64,000 nt of DNA from Eledone cirrhosa (taxonomy: Eukaryota), in NCBI GenBank assembly GCA_964016885.1, contig OZ024747.1:81158001-81222000 (forward strand). Reading direction: 5' to 3'. Shown here one piece after another: positions 14,440 to 29,400 of the stretch (positions are counted from its first letter, which is position 1; every line of letters begins with the position of its first letter). Position numbers and translations under genes: made by a program. The notes beneath the pieces were generated by a model, which did not search any database, was not told where the DNA came from, and was given only the letters and a program-made list of their open reading frames with translations.

Positions 14440-15316
14440 TTAAATTTACATGATTAGAGGTCTACATCAAAGTATGATTAGATAAACTAAAACCTGTTTT
14501 TCAGAAATCCTCATATAATTCACAACTGGGTAAAGTAGAGTGGTTAAAACAGGTTAAAATAGAGTGCCTTGCAGGGAAATGAAAATAAATATCTGTAGTG
14601 GTTTTGAACACATTTTGCATGAGAAGATAGTTAAATGCTTTATTCACACAGTCCTTTTACTTCACCAATAAATCAAATAATTTAATATATATATATAATG
14701 ATATTAAATAAATGGAAACTTTATTTATATAACCATATTTATTATATATATATATAAAATGGAATAAATTAAAAGAGTATATATAAGTAGAGGGGAAAAT
14801 CCTTCTATGAGATTTTGAAAATAGTTATTATGCATTTATGGAAATAAATTGTTTGAACTAATTATATTTCCTATATAAAATCTACACCCATATATACCGA
14901 TACATACACATTCAGTACTTTGTGCTAATGTGTCATACGTATATATATATATAGATATATAGATATATATCTATATATATATGTATGCACATTCAGGCAC
15001 CTGTATTGGACACACCAGCACATACAGTACTACAAGTTGAGTTGCACACATGGAAGAAAACATGTAAATATGGTGTGATATTTACACACACCTACACAAA
15101 TATACATTCACAAATGTATAAATTATGCATGCATATATACATATATATAATGTGTGTGCATACAAAACACAACAATTGTACTTTCTGAAACATAGTCACA
15201 CACACAAATTTTAATTGATATAGGTATATATGAAGTTACGCAGGGACATGCATATTTTTCTTTTCTCCATAATTACACAAACACATAGACATGACATATA
15301 TATTCATATATGCATA

Positions 15317-15319
<3 letters not shown>

Positions 15320-15385
<66 letters not shown>

Positions 15386-15386
15386 C

Positions 15387-15435
<49 letters not shown>

Positions 15436-15516
15436 CATATATACATATATATATATACATATATATATATATACATATATATATATACATATATATATAT
15501 ATACATATATATACAT
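15320..15516. repeat. (TA)n/(CATA) microsatellite
   Basis: Direct inspection. Confidence 0.95.
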
Positions 15517-15763
15517 ATTAGTTTTGCGAGGTTTTTGATATGAAATCGAGTGTCGAAACAAATATTGTTATACTTGGGGAGGGTCATATTTGTGTAATAT
15601 TGCCAGAATTAATAACAGAACACATTCACTGTTTGGTTGGTTTTCGCTTCTGTGTCTTTTATATCGGTAATCTAATTTATTCGGTCCTCAATGTTACCAT
15701 TGACTGACCAACGGTCAAAAATAATACAGATACAATATAGACACAAACACATATATATAGTTT

Positions 15764-15805
15764 ATCAAAGTTCTTTCGTTGCACATCTGCAACATCGTCA
15801 GTGGT
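15764..15805 (-). ncRNA. Minimal type I hammerhead ribozyme (left arm)
   Basis: Reverse complement of the motif at 15914-15955. Confidence 0.7.
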
Positions 15806-15913
15806 GCTATTGTTTCTTCCCGTTACATTGTATTTTCTACACCATCTTTATAAAGATGGCGTAGAAAATAAAGATGGCGTAGAAAATACAATGTAACGGG
15901 AGGAAACAATAGC

Positions 15914-15955
15914 ACCACTGACGATGTTGCAGATGTGCAACGAAAGAACTTTGAT
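15914..15955 (+). ncRNA. Minimal type I hammerhead ribozyme (right arm)
   Basis: acca-CUGACGA-u-guugca(gaug)ugcaac-GAAA-g(aa)c-UU-ugau. It has a complete core, a 6-bp stem II, a minimal stem III, and a stem I with one mismatch. Confidence 0.7.
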
Positions 15956-16170
15956 AAACTATATATATGTGTTTATGTCTATATTGTATCTGTATTATTT
16001 TTGACCGCTGGTCAGTCAATGGCAACATTGAGGACCGAATAAATTAGATTACCGATATAAAAGACACAGAAGCGAAAAGCGAAAACCAACCAAACAGTGA
16101 GTGTGTTCTGTTATTAATTCTGGCAATATTACACAAATATGACCCTCCCCAAGTATAACAATATATATAC

Positions 16171-16202
<32 letters not shown>

Positions 16203-16694
16203 ATACATATATATGTTCTTTGAAAACTATATATATTTATTATTTCTCACTAATAAATTTAATCCCCCCCCCCAATAATTATATGTATATGTAAATGTGT
16301 ATGTGTGTATATATATGTATGTATGTATGTATATATGCATGTATATGTATATATATATATGTATATGTGTATATATGTGTATATATATGTGTGTATATGT
16401 GTGTGTGTATGTGTATATATATGTGTATATATATAAGTATATATATATATTATTTTTATATTCTTTTAATTTCCCCTCATCTTTAACAGCACTTTTCAAC
16501 TGCATCTAACTCTTATTTATCATATCTATATGTATTAGTATAATTTTATCAATATAAATAAACCCATCAATTAAATTAATTTATATTCTTTTCATAGATG
16601 TATTTTTTTCACTAACATTCTTATCGTAAAACTTTAATCACCTTAGATATTTGTATTGGCATTACTATTTTATAACAGCAACGGCTTGTATACC

Positions 16695-17107
16695 TTTTAC
16701 TGACCACCTGACCTATTTTCACCCCTAAAATAAGCTTCAATTACTACTATTTTACCATTTGGCCAATTATTAACTTTCTATTGGTTAATTCTAAACCTCT
16801 TACCTAACAGACAGAATATATTAGATCTTTGTTGGTTTTATTCAATGAACAAATAAAATTATTTCTGAGGTCAGCATAAGACCTATTTCTTCCCTAAAAT
16901 AATCCTTCATTCATAATATTCTTTTCCATCCAAAACTGAAATCTACCTTCATCTACCCATAATTTAAGGTTCTTCTACTACTATATTACTACCTTGACCC
17001 TCACTATCTCTCTATTGGTCAATTCAAAACCTGTTCCCAAACAGACCTATTGTATTGAATCTTTGTTTTTTCAATAAACAAATATCATTATTTCTGAAGA
17101 CAGCATA
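16695..17107 (+). repeat. Diverged tandem duplication (about 235 bp), probably the 3' region of a Penelope-like element
   Basis: CTATTGGTYAATTC...AACAGAC...ATCTTTGTT...AACAAAT...ATTATTTCTGARG.CAGCATA occurs at about 16778-16878 and again at 17012-17107. A decayed CTGATAG...GAAACGATCGTA follows. Confidence 0.55.
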
Positions 17108-17299
17108 TATATGTGTAGGTATGTATATTCCCTCTGATAGTTTGTATAAATATTGTACATAGATCTATAGAATATGCATACCAACTCTAACATATATATA
17201 TCCTAGAAACGATCGTAAAATGATGAATTTTTTTTAATATAAGGAACTGTTTCTTTGTTTATTCATTATTTTATTAATTTATATATGTATATATATATA

Positions 17300-19205
<1,906 letters not shown>

Positions 19206-19609
19206 TATATATATATATATATATACATATTATATGTATGTATGTGTGTGTAACTGTGAGTGTGGATAAGTATCTATAATTATACACACACACATAAACA
19301 CAGACACACACACATATATATTTAAACAAAGAATTAAAAATAATTTTCTATTTCTGAATATCTTATCGTTTTAATCTGAAAAGATATAAAAAAAAACTGC
19401 AATGTATGATAAATATCAGGCACCAGTTAGAAATATAATAGAATTAAGTTGTATGGTAAAGATATCTTTTATAACGTTCCAGCAACAAACGTTTATCCAA
19501 TGCTGTTCTGTTGCAATACATTGTTTGCTAAACAATGTATTGTGAATGAAAATGAGGCAGCTGCATATAGCTTTATGGTAGAGAACAGTGATAAGTATAT
19601 GGTCGTGAA

Positions 19610-19610
19610 C

Positions 19611-19700
<90 letters not shown>

Positions 19701-19738
19701 TATGTATGTATATATATATATATATATGTATATATATG

Positions 19739-19773
<35 letters not shown>

Positions 19774-19796
19774 GTATATGTATATATATATGTATG

Positions 19797-19893
<97 letters not shown>

Positions 19894-19924
19894 ATATATA
19901 TATGTATATATATATATATGTATG

Positions 19925-19955
<31 letters not shown>

Positions 19956-20099
19956 GTATGTATATATATACATATATATATGTATATGTATATATATATA
20001 TATGTATATACATACATATATACATACACATACATATATATATATATATATACACACATGCGTACATATATATATACATACATACACATATATATTCAT

Positions 20100-20130
<31 letters not shown>

Positions 20131-20221
20131 CACATATATATACATATATACATATATATACATACATATATATACAAACATATATACATATATATATATA
20201 TGCAAACACATGCATATATAT
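19610..20221. repeat. Long compound (TA)/(TATG)/(CATA) microsatellite
   Basis: Direct inspection. Confidence 0.95.
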
Positions 20222-20619
20222 TCACCACAATAATCATTTTCACTACAATCACAATCACCATCTTCTTGATCATATTAGCATTTATTTTCCTGATCTGTTC
20301 TGGCTTGGGTAGACCTACATTATACAATTCATGCTTAACCTCCATCATGTAATCTGTGCTTCCAATAGTTCTCAGGCATACTTCACTAATTCCTTTCATA
20401 TCACATTTGGATGTACCTTTATCATAAATGGTGTTAATAATTTACTGAAGACAATTTTCCAGACCAGTATACATCATCTCCCCCACTCCATATTTTAGCA
20501 TTCTCTTTTGCAAACATACACGAGTCAATGTCTTTGATGCAACCAGTAAATACTCAATTCTTTTGTCTGTATGATTTGTCTTAAGTAAATATGTAATTGA
20601 CAGGGAAATGTTGAATGAA

Positions 20620-21170
20620 GAAGATGGATTGAACACAGCAACAGTAGCTAGAGTAAGATGAACATAGAAGTTCAAGGAATTGAGTGGCGAATTAACAAGG
20701 GGCTGTGGATTGTTGCCAATACTGAAGAGGAATGTGTATACTGCATTTGTGAGAAGTGTCATGATTTATGAGATCATGACATGAGTGACAACAGTAAAGA
20801 AAGCTGGTAAAAACTGGAATGGGAATGATTCAGGGGATGAATGGCATATAGCTGAGATAGAGGAAGATAAACAATGAATGACTGAATATGATGAGAATAG
20901 AGCATGTGATAAATGTTGTGGAGAGAAATGGAATGACAGGGCTGGGTCATGTGTTGAGGAAAGATGAAAAGTGATTGGGTGAGGAGGGTGACAGAAATGA
21001 ATGTGAAAGGAAGTAGAGGAAAGGGAACATCAATAAAGACATGTTTAAAGGTGACGGAGGAGAAAAATGAAAGCCAGTGGCTTGGTGATGCAAATGGTAG
21101 CACAAAATGGAAAAGATTGTTATGGAGCCTGCAAGGTTAACTTCTGCTACAGCAAGGACAATGGTCTTAA
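20620..21170 (+). pseudogene. Decayed RTE-clade LINE 3' fragment
   Basis: LKRNVYTAFVRSVMIY...TW and a (W)LGHVLRKD...W.RRV....V.G.RGKG motif are readable across frameshifts. Confidence 0.6.
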
Positions 21171-21844
21171 AATACTTGTCAAGAAATATTATCACTAGAA
21201 TCAGGATCTTTAACTTAGTCCATAATAGCTAAGTTGTGTACTTCTCAAATGAAGGACTGTGTATACATATCCCATAAATGAGTTTTGGACAAGGCACTCA
21301 TTACTCTCTCTCATGTTTGGTAACAGTGTATGTATGGACTTTGATTTTTCATGTGATGCAGCTAGAGTGTTGTTTTGTATATTGCTGTATTAGAGTAAAA
21401 AGTTCTTAATGTGATGTAGTCATAGTGATATTTTATACATTTGAAGAATGTCATTCAAATACAGTTTTGTGTGGTACAGGTGTTAAGACTTAAGGCTGTT
21501 ATATCAATAAATGTTCTTTCGACACAGGCAGTTCTAGAACAATCATGATCTATGATGTTTGTACACTTGTAATGATGTTTCTTTGTCTTCACTAACTGGA
21601 ATACCTGTGTGCACTCTGTGTTTGTATACATTTTTTTTTACAGTGTCTTCTGCATATGCTGTAGCTGTTGTAGAAATGTCATATATTAATCATGTTAGCT
21701 CAAGATTAGTCTAAGTAAATAGTGACTTTATAAGCAGTGCTTTTATGGACAGTTATAGAGGTACTCAGTTGCTGATGAAATCCTAACATATGAATGAAAC
21801 TAGTCCTGCTTGTCTCTTGTTATTTTCGCATAGATATTGTATTA

Positions 21845-22020
21845 GGCAGCGAATTGGCAGAGTCATTAGAATGTTTTATAGAATGCTTTATGGTATTCAT
21901 TCCAGCTTTCTGCTCGCTGATTGCAAATTCCACCAAGGTCAACTTTGCCTTTCATCCGTTCGATGTTGATAAAAAAAAGTACCAGTCTAGTAACAGAGTC
22001 GATTCTTCCTCTCAGGCCTG
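21845..22020 (+). mobile_element. Family-B SINE (diverged)
   Basis: GGCAGCGAATTGGCAGAG...CAAGGTCAACTTTGCCTTTCATCC...AAAGTACCAG. Confidence 0.7.
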
Positions 22021-22409
22021 GAAAGGGATGGGCTCCACCAGGCTTAAAATGCCCAAGAAATGTTGTATCATAAACTAAACACCCTAACCACTAAACCATG
22101 CACTTTCCTCACAAGCACACAAACACATATAAACTGTTAATATCATATAAAACACTCAACATTCACATTATATGTTAATTGCCCTTTTATTTATACCCAT
22201 ACCTGTGTCTATATATCTCAACCTGTGTCTATATATCTCAACCTGTGGCAGCCTGTCCAGCCCTTGCTAACAAGGAGAATGAATATTAAATGATGATGAT
22301 ATATATAAACACACACACATATTTAGTGACATGTTTGTGAGAATCAGCAATATGAAGCTACAAGTAGCACCCCATAGAAAATACAACCCTAAAAAACACC
22401 AAGAATGTG

Positions 22410-22800
22410 TGAAAGCTGGAAAGAAACAAGGCACTCATGCTTCACTGGATGTATAATCTTAGTGAGCATGAAAAACATGAAATAAATAATCTGAGAAAAA
22501 ATGAATTTATGTGAAATTAGTTGCATGTATGTGCTAGGAGCAAGACTGAACTGGTACAGACATGTGGTGTTTATAGAGGATGACAGTTATATAAAAAGCT
22601 GTGAATTTATCCAAATGGAAGGAGCCTGTGTGAGAAGTATACCAGATATCACATGATAAGAAGTGGTGATAATTGATCTATGGACGCTGAACATTACAAA
22701 GCAGATAAAAAAGGTCTGTAAAATGTAGTGAGACACTGCACTGAAGAAGATCCATCCAACCCATGTAAAACATAGAAAACAGAAGAAAAGGATGATGATG
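22410..22800 (+). pseudogene. Very decayed RTE 3' fragment
   Basis: RLNWYRHV...EDDSYIK remnants, an AACCCATG motif and a GATGATGATG tail. Confidence 0.45.
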
Positions 22801-23412
22801 GATGTGTGTTGATAGAAGATTCTCATATCTCCTGTGATATTTTTATATATGTATGTTATGCCAGGAATTATTTATATTAATTATTTATTATTCATTCTAA
22901 ATGGCAATTAACATATCAACTCTATTCATTCTCTTTGTATTTATTTTCAATATATTTTCTGTATTGTTACCGTGACATAAATGGATACAATTTTGAAAAT
23001 TTAGCTAAATTGATATCCATTAATATTTGATATTATTATTTAGTTATTAATATTTAAGTTAATGTCTCTGATATTAATTTAATGAATCTTAAAGCATTTC
23101 TCTTTTGAGTAACGAATATTATATTAAATATAATTGGATCTCTAAAATAATTAGTTTGATATTTGTTAAAGACTTTGTTTTGAACAGTAACAAAGTTTGA
23201 CTTGACAGAAAATTAGCAATCAAATCAAGACACTTCTCACGAAATCTGAGATGATTTGATCACTGTAATAAAAATAGACAAAAAGTTCAAATATTCAAAG
23301 CCTGCACAGAAAATATCCAAATGATTAAAATGGCAAACTATTTTTACTTCTTTTCCTTCCTGATAAAAACATATATATTGATTTTATTAACAGGTCAATT
23401 ACTAATGCAGAG

Positions 23413-26400
23413 AAATTTTGTATTTTTGTTAATCGCTTGTTAAATGCATAGACCTATCTCAATCATTACCTTCTTGCTAGCTATTTTCAAACCTTAATTC
23501 CTAACGTATTTTCAAACCCCAAAAAAAAAGCAAAATCCTTTCCTTCTTCCTTCTTCGAAGGCACGGGGCGGTCAAACGCCTAACACCCACAGCCATCATG
23601 TGGCCCCCTACCCTCGCACTCTCTCTCTCTCTCTCTCTCTCCCTATAAATATATGATAGGAATTCACTTCGCCAAATTTCATTTCTTTGCCTGCTGTCCG
23701 AACGAAAATCATGCAAACGTAAGGTACAGACTTCATCTCTCTCTCCTCTCTCTCTCTCATTTCGTATTTCAAGTCCAAATAGCCATTCTATCGCTAAAAC
23801 AAACTACATTTTCTGTTCCTATTAAGTGCTAAATACGTTTAGGTTTTTGGACGTATTTAACTGAACAAATTTTGTATTTTTGTTAATCGCTTGTTAAATG
23901 CATAGACCTATCTCAATCATTACCTTCTTGCTTAGGTTTTTGGACGTATTTAACTGAACAAATTTTGTATTTTTGTTAATCGCTTGTTAAATGCATAGAC
24001 CTATCTCAATCATTACCTTCTTGCTAGCTATTTTCAAACCTTAATTCCTAACGTATTTTCAAACCCCAAAAAAAAAGCAAAATCCTTTCCTTCTTCCTTC
24101 TTCGAAGGCACGGGGCGGTCAAACGCCTAACACCCACAGCCATCATGTGGCCCCCTACCCTCGCACTCTCTCTCTCTCTCTCTCTCTCCCTATAAATATA
24201 TGATAGGAATTCACTTCGCCAAATTTCATTTCTTTGCCTGCTGTCCGAACGAAAATCATGCAAACGTAAGGTACAGACTTCATCTCTCTCTCCTCTCTCT
24301 CTCTCATTTCGTATTTCAAGTCCAAATAGCCATTCTATCGCTAAAACAAACTACATTTTCTGTTCCTATTAAGTGCTAAATACGTTTAGGTTTTTGGACG
24401 TATTTAACTGAACAAATTTTGTATTTTTGTTAATCGCTTGTTAAATGCATAGACCTATCTCAATCATTACCTTCTTGCTAGCTATTTTCAAACCTTAATT
24501 CCTAACGTATTTTCAAACCCCAAAAAAAAAGCAAAATCCTTTCCTTCTTCCTTCTTCGAAGGCACGGGGCGGTCAAACGCCTAACACCCACAGCCATCAT
24601 GTGGCCCCCTACCCTCGCACTCTCTCTCTCTCTCTCTCTCTCCCTATAAATATATGATAGGAATTCACTTCGCCAAATTTCATTTCTTTGCCTGCTGTCC
24701 GAACGAAAATCATGCAAACGTAAGGTACAGACTTCATCTCTCTCTCCTCTCTCTCTCTCATTTCGTATTTCAAGTCCAAATAGCCATTCTATCGCTAAAA
24801 CAAACTACATTTTCTGTTCCTATTAAGTGCTAAATACGTTTAGGTTTTTGGACGTATTTAACTGAACAAATTTTGTATTTTTGTTAATCGCTTGTTAAAT
24901 GCATAGACCTATCTCAATCATTACCTTCTTGCTAGCTATTTTCAAACCTTAATTCCTAACGTATTTTCAAACCCCAAAAAAAAAGCAAAATCCTTTCCTT
25001 CTTCCTTCTTCGAAGGCACGGGGCGGTCAAACGCCTAACACCCACAGCCATCATGTGGCCCCCTACCCTCGCACTCTCTCTCTCTCTCTCTCTCTCCCTA
25101 TAAATATATGATAGGAATTCACTTCGCCAAATTTCATTTCTTTGCCTGCTGTCCGAACGAAAATCATGCAAACGTAAGGTACAGACTTCATCTCTCTCTC
25201 CTCTCTCTCTCTCATTTCGTATTTCAAGTCCAAATAGCCATTCTATCGCTAAAACAAACTACATTTTCTGTTCCTATTAAGTGCTAAATACGTTTAGGTT
25301 TTTGGACGTATTTAACTGAACAAATTTTGTATTTTTGTTAATCGCTTGTTAAATGCATAGACCTATCTCAATCATTACCTTCTTGCTAGCTATTTTCAAA
25401 CCTTAATTCCTAACGTATTTTCAAACCCCAAAAAAAAAGCAAAATCCTTTCCTTCTTCCTTCTTCGAAGGCACGGGGCGGTCAAACGCCTAACACCCACA
25501 GCCATCATGTGGCCCCCTACCCTCGCACTCTCTCTCTCTCTCTCTCTCTCCCTATAAATATATGATAGGAATTCACTTCGCCAAATTTCATTTCTTTGCC
25601 TGCTGTCCGAACGAAAATCATGCAAACGTAAGGTACAGACTTCATCTCTCTCTCCTCTCTCTCTCTCATTTCGTATTTCAAGTCCAAATAGCCATTCTAT
25701 CGCTAAAACAAACTACATTTTCTGTTCCTATTAAGTGCTAAATACGTTTAGGTTTTTGGACGTATTTAACTGAACAAATTTTGTATTTTTGTTAATCGCT
25801 TGTTAAATGCATAGACCTATCTCAATCATTACCTTCTTGCTAGCTATTTTCAAACCTTAATTCCTAACGTATTTTCAAACCCCAAAAAAAAAGCAAAATC
25901 CTTTCCTTCTTCCTTCTTCGAAGGCACGGGGCGGTCAAACGCCTAACACCCACAGCCATCATGTGGCCCCCTACCCTCGCACTCTCTCTCTCTCTCTCTC
26001 TCTCCCTATAAATATATGATAGGAATTCACTTCGCCAAATTTCATTTCTTTGCCTGCTGTCCGAACGAAAATCATGCAAACGTAAGGTACAGACTTCATC
26101 TCTCTCTCCTCTCTCTCTCTCATTTCGTATTTCAAGTCCAAATAGCCATTCTATCGCTAAAACAAACTACATTTTCTGTTCCTATTAAGTGCTAAATACG
26201 TTTAGGTTTTTGGACGTATTTAACTGAACAAATTTTGTATTTTTGTTAATCGCTTGTTAAATGCATAGACCTATCTCAATCATTACCTTCTTGCTTAGGT
26301 TTTTGGACGTATTTAACTGAACAAATTTTGTATTTTTGTTAATCGCTTGTTAAATGCATAGACCTATCTCAATCATTACCTTCTTGCTAGCTATTTTCAA

Positions 26401-29400
26401 ACCTTAATTCCTAACGTATTTTCAAACCCCAAAAAAAAAGCAAAATCCTTTCCTTCTTCCTTCTTCGAAGGCACGGGGCGGTCAAACGCCTAACACCCAC
26501 AGCCATCATGTGGCCCCCTACCCTCGCACTCTCTCTCTCTCTCTCTCTCTCCCTATAAATATATGATAGGAATTCACTTCGCCAAATTTCATTTCTTTGC
26601 CTGCTGTCCGAACGAAAATCATGCAAACGTAAGGTACAGACTTCATCTCTCTCTCCTCTCTCTCTCTCATTTCGTATTTCAAGTCCAAATAGCCATTCTA
26701 TCGCTAAAACAAACTACATTTTCTGTTCCTATTAAGTGCTAAATACGTTTAGGTTTTTGGACGTATTTAACTGAACAAATTTTGTATTTTTGTTAATCGC
26801 TTGTTAAATGCATAGACCTATCTCAATCATTACCTTCTTGCTTAGGTTTTTGGACGTATTTAACTGAACAAATTTTGTATTTTTGTTAATCGCTTGTTAA
26901 ATGCATAGACCTATCTCAATCATTACCTTCTTGCTAGCTATTTTCAAACCTTAATTCCTAACGTATTTTCAAACCCCAAAAAAAAAGCAAAATCCTTTCC
27001 TTCTTCCTTCTTCGAAGGCACGGGGCGGTCAAACGCCTAACACCCACAGCCATCATGTGGCCCCCTACCCTCGCACTCTCTCTCTCTCTCTCTCTCTCCC
27101 TATAAATATATGATAGGAATTCACTTCGCCAAATTTCATTTCTTTGCCTGCTGTCCGAACGAAAATCATGCAAACGTAAGGTACAGACTTCATCTCTCTC
27201 TCCTCTCTCTCTCTCATTTCGTATTTCAAGTCCAAATAGCCATTCTATCGCTAAAACAAACTACATTTTCTGTTCCTATTAAGTGCTAAATACGTTTAGG
27301 TTTTTGGACGTATTTAACTGAACAAATTTTGTATTTTTGTTAATCGCTTGTTAAATGCATAGACCTATCTCAATCATTACCTTCTTGCTTAGGTTTTTGG
27401 ACGTATTTAACTGAACAAATTTTGTATTTTTGTTAATCGCTTGTTAAATGCATAGACCTATCTCAATCATTACCTTCTTGCTAGCTATTTTCAAACCTTA
27501 ATTCCTAACGTATTTTCAAACCCCAAAAAAAAAGCAAAATCCTTTCCTTCTTCCTTCTTCGAAGGCACGGGGCGGTCAAACGCCTAACACCCACAGCCAT
27601 CATGTGGCCCCCTACCCTCGCACTCTCTCTCTCTCTCTCTCTCTCCCTATAAATATATGATAGGAATTCACTTCGCCAAATTTCATTTCTTTGCCTGCTG
27701 TCCGAACGAAAATCATGCAAACGTAAGGTACAGACTTCATCTCTCTCTCCTCTCTCTCTCTCATTTCGTATTTCAAGTCCAAATAGCCATTCTATCGCTA
27801 AAACAAACTACATTTTCTGTTCCTATTAAGTGCTAAATACGTTTAGGTTTTTGGACGTATTTAACTGAACAAATTTTGTATTTTTGTTAATCGCTTGTTA
27901 AATGCATAGACCTATCTCAATCATTACCTTCTTGCTTAGGTTTTTGGACGTATTTAACTGAACAAATTTTGTATTTTTGTTAATCGCTTGTTAAATGCAT
28001 AGACCTATCTCAATCATTACCTTCTTGCTAGCTATTTTCAAACCTTAATTCCTAACGTATTTTCAAACCCCAAAAAAAAAGCAAAATCCTTTCCTTCTTC
28101 CTTCTTCGAAGGCACGGGGCGGTCAAACGCCTAACACCCACAGCCATCATGTGGCCCCCTACCCTCGCACTCTCTCTCTCTCTCTCTCTCTCCCTATAAA
28201 TATATGATAGGAATTCACTTCGCCAAATTTCATTTCTTTGCCTGCTGTCCGAACGAAAATCATGCAAACGTAAGGTACAGACTTCATCTCTCTCTCCTCT
28301 CTCTCTCTCATTTCGTATTTCAAGTCCAAATAGCCATTCTATCGCTAAAACAAACTACATTTTCTGTTCCTATTAAGTGCTAAATACGTTTAGGTTTTTG
28401 GACGTATTTAACTGAACAAATTTTGTATTTTTGTTAATCGCTTGTTAAATGCATAGACCTATCTCAATCATTACCTTCTTGCTTAGGTTTTTGGACGTAT
28501 TTAACTGAACAAATTTTGTATTTTTGTTAATCGCTTGTTAAATGCATAGACCTATCTCAATCATTACCTTCTTGCTAGCTATTTTCAAACCTTAATTCCT
28601 AACGTATTTTCAAACCCCAAAAAAAAAGCAAAATCCTTTCCTTCTTCCTTCTTCGAAGGCACGGGGCGGTCAAACGCCTAACACCCACAGCCATCATGTG
28701 GCCCCCTACCCTCGCACTCTCTCTCTCTCTCTCTCTCTCCCTATAAATATATGATAGGAATTCACTTCGCCAAATTTCATTTCTTTGCCTGCTGTCCGAA
28801 CGAAAATCATGCAAACGTAAGGTACAGACTTCATCTCTCTCTCCTCTCTCTCTCTCATTTCGTATTTCAAGTCCAAATAGCCATTCTATCGCTAAAACAA
28901 ACTACATTTTCTGTTCCTATTAAGTGCTAAATACGTTTAGGTTTTTGGACGTATTTAACTGAACAAATTTTGTATTTTTGTTAATCGCTTGTTAAATGCA
29001 TAGACCTATCTCAATCATTACCTTCTTGCTTAGGTTTTTGGACGTATTTAACTGAACAAATTTTGTATTTTTGTTAATCGCTTGTTAAATGCATAGACCT
29101 ATCTCAATCATTACCTTCTTGCTAGCTATTTTCAAACCTTAATTCCTAACGTATTTTCAAACCCCAAAAAAAAAGCAAAATCCTTTCCTTCTTCCTTCTT
29201 CGAAGGCACGGGGCGGTCAAACGCCTAACACCCACAGCCATCATGTGGCCCCCTACCCTCGCACTCTCTCTCTCTCTCTCTCTCTCCCTATAAATATATG
29301 ATAGGAATTCACTTCGCCAAATTTCATTTCTTTGCCTGCTGTCCGAACGAAAATCATGCAAACGTAAGGTACAGACTTCATCTCTCTCTCCTCTCTCTCT

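Larger units (their letters stand above)
15518..16164. mobile_element. Non-coding Penelope-like insertion: two inverted pLTRs forming a 603-bp palindrome
   Basis: Arms 15562-15850 and 15851-16164 are reverse complements with no loop. The right arm has extra 18-bp and 7-bp duplications. The ends (ATGACCCTCCCCAAGTATAACAATA) match the Penelope-like element at 56.4-58.3 kb. Confidence 0.85.

Noticed and set aside
19416-20399. Long Tyr/Ile-rich ORFs here and at other (TA)n tracts
   Set aside because: They are translations of dinucleotide microsatellites.
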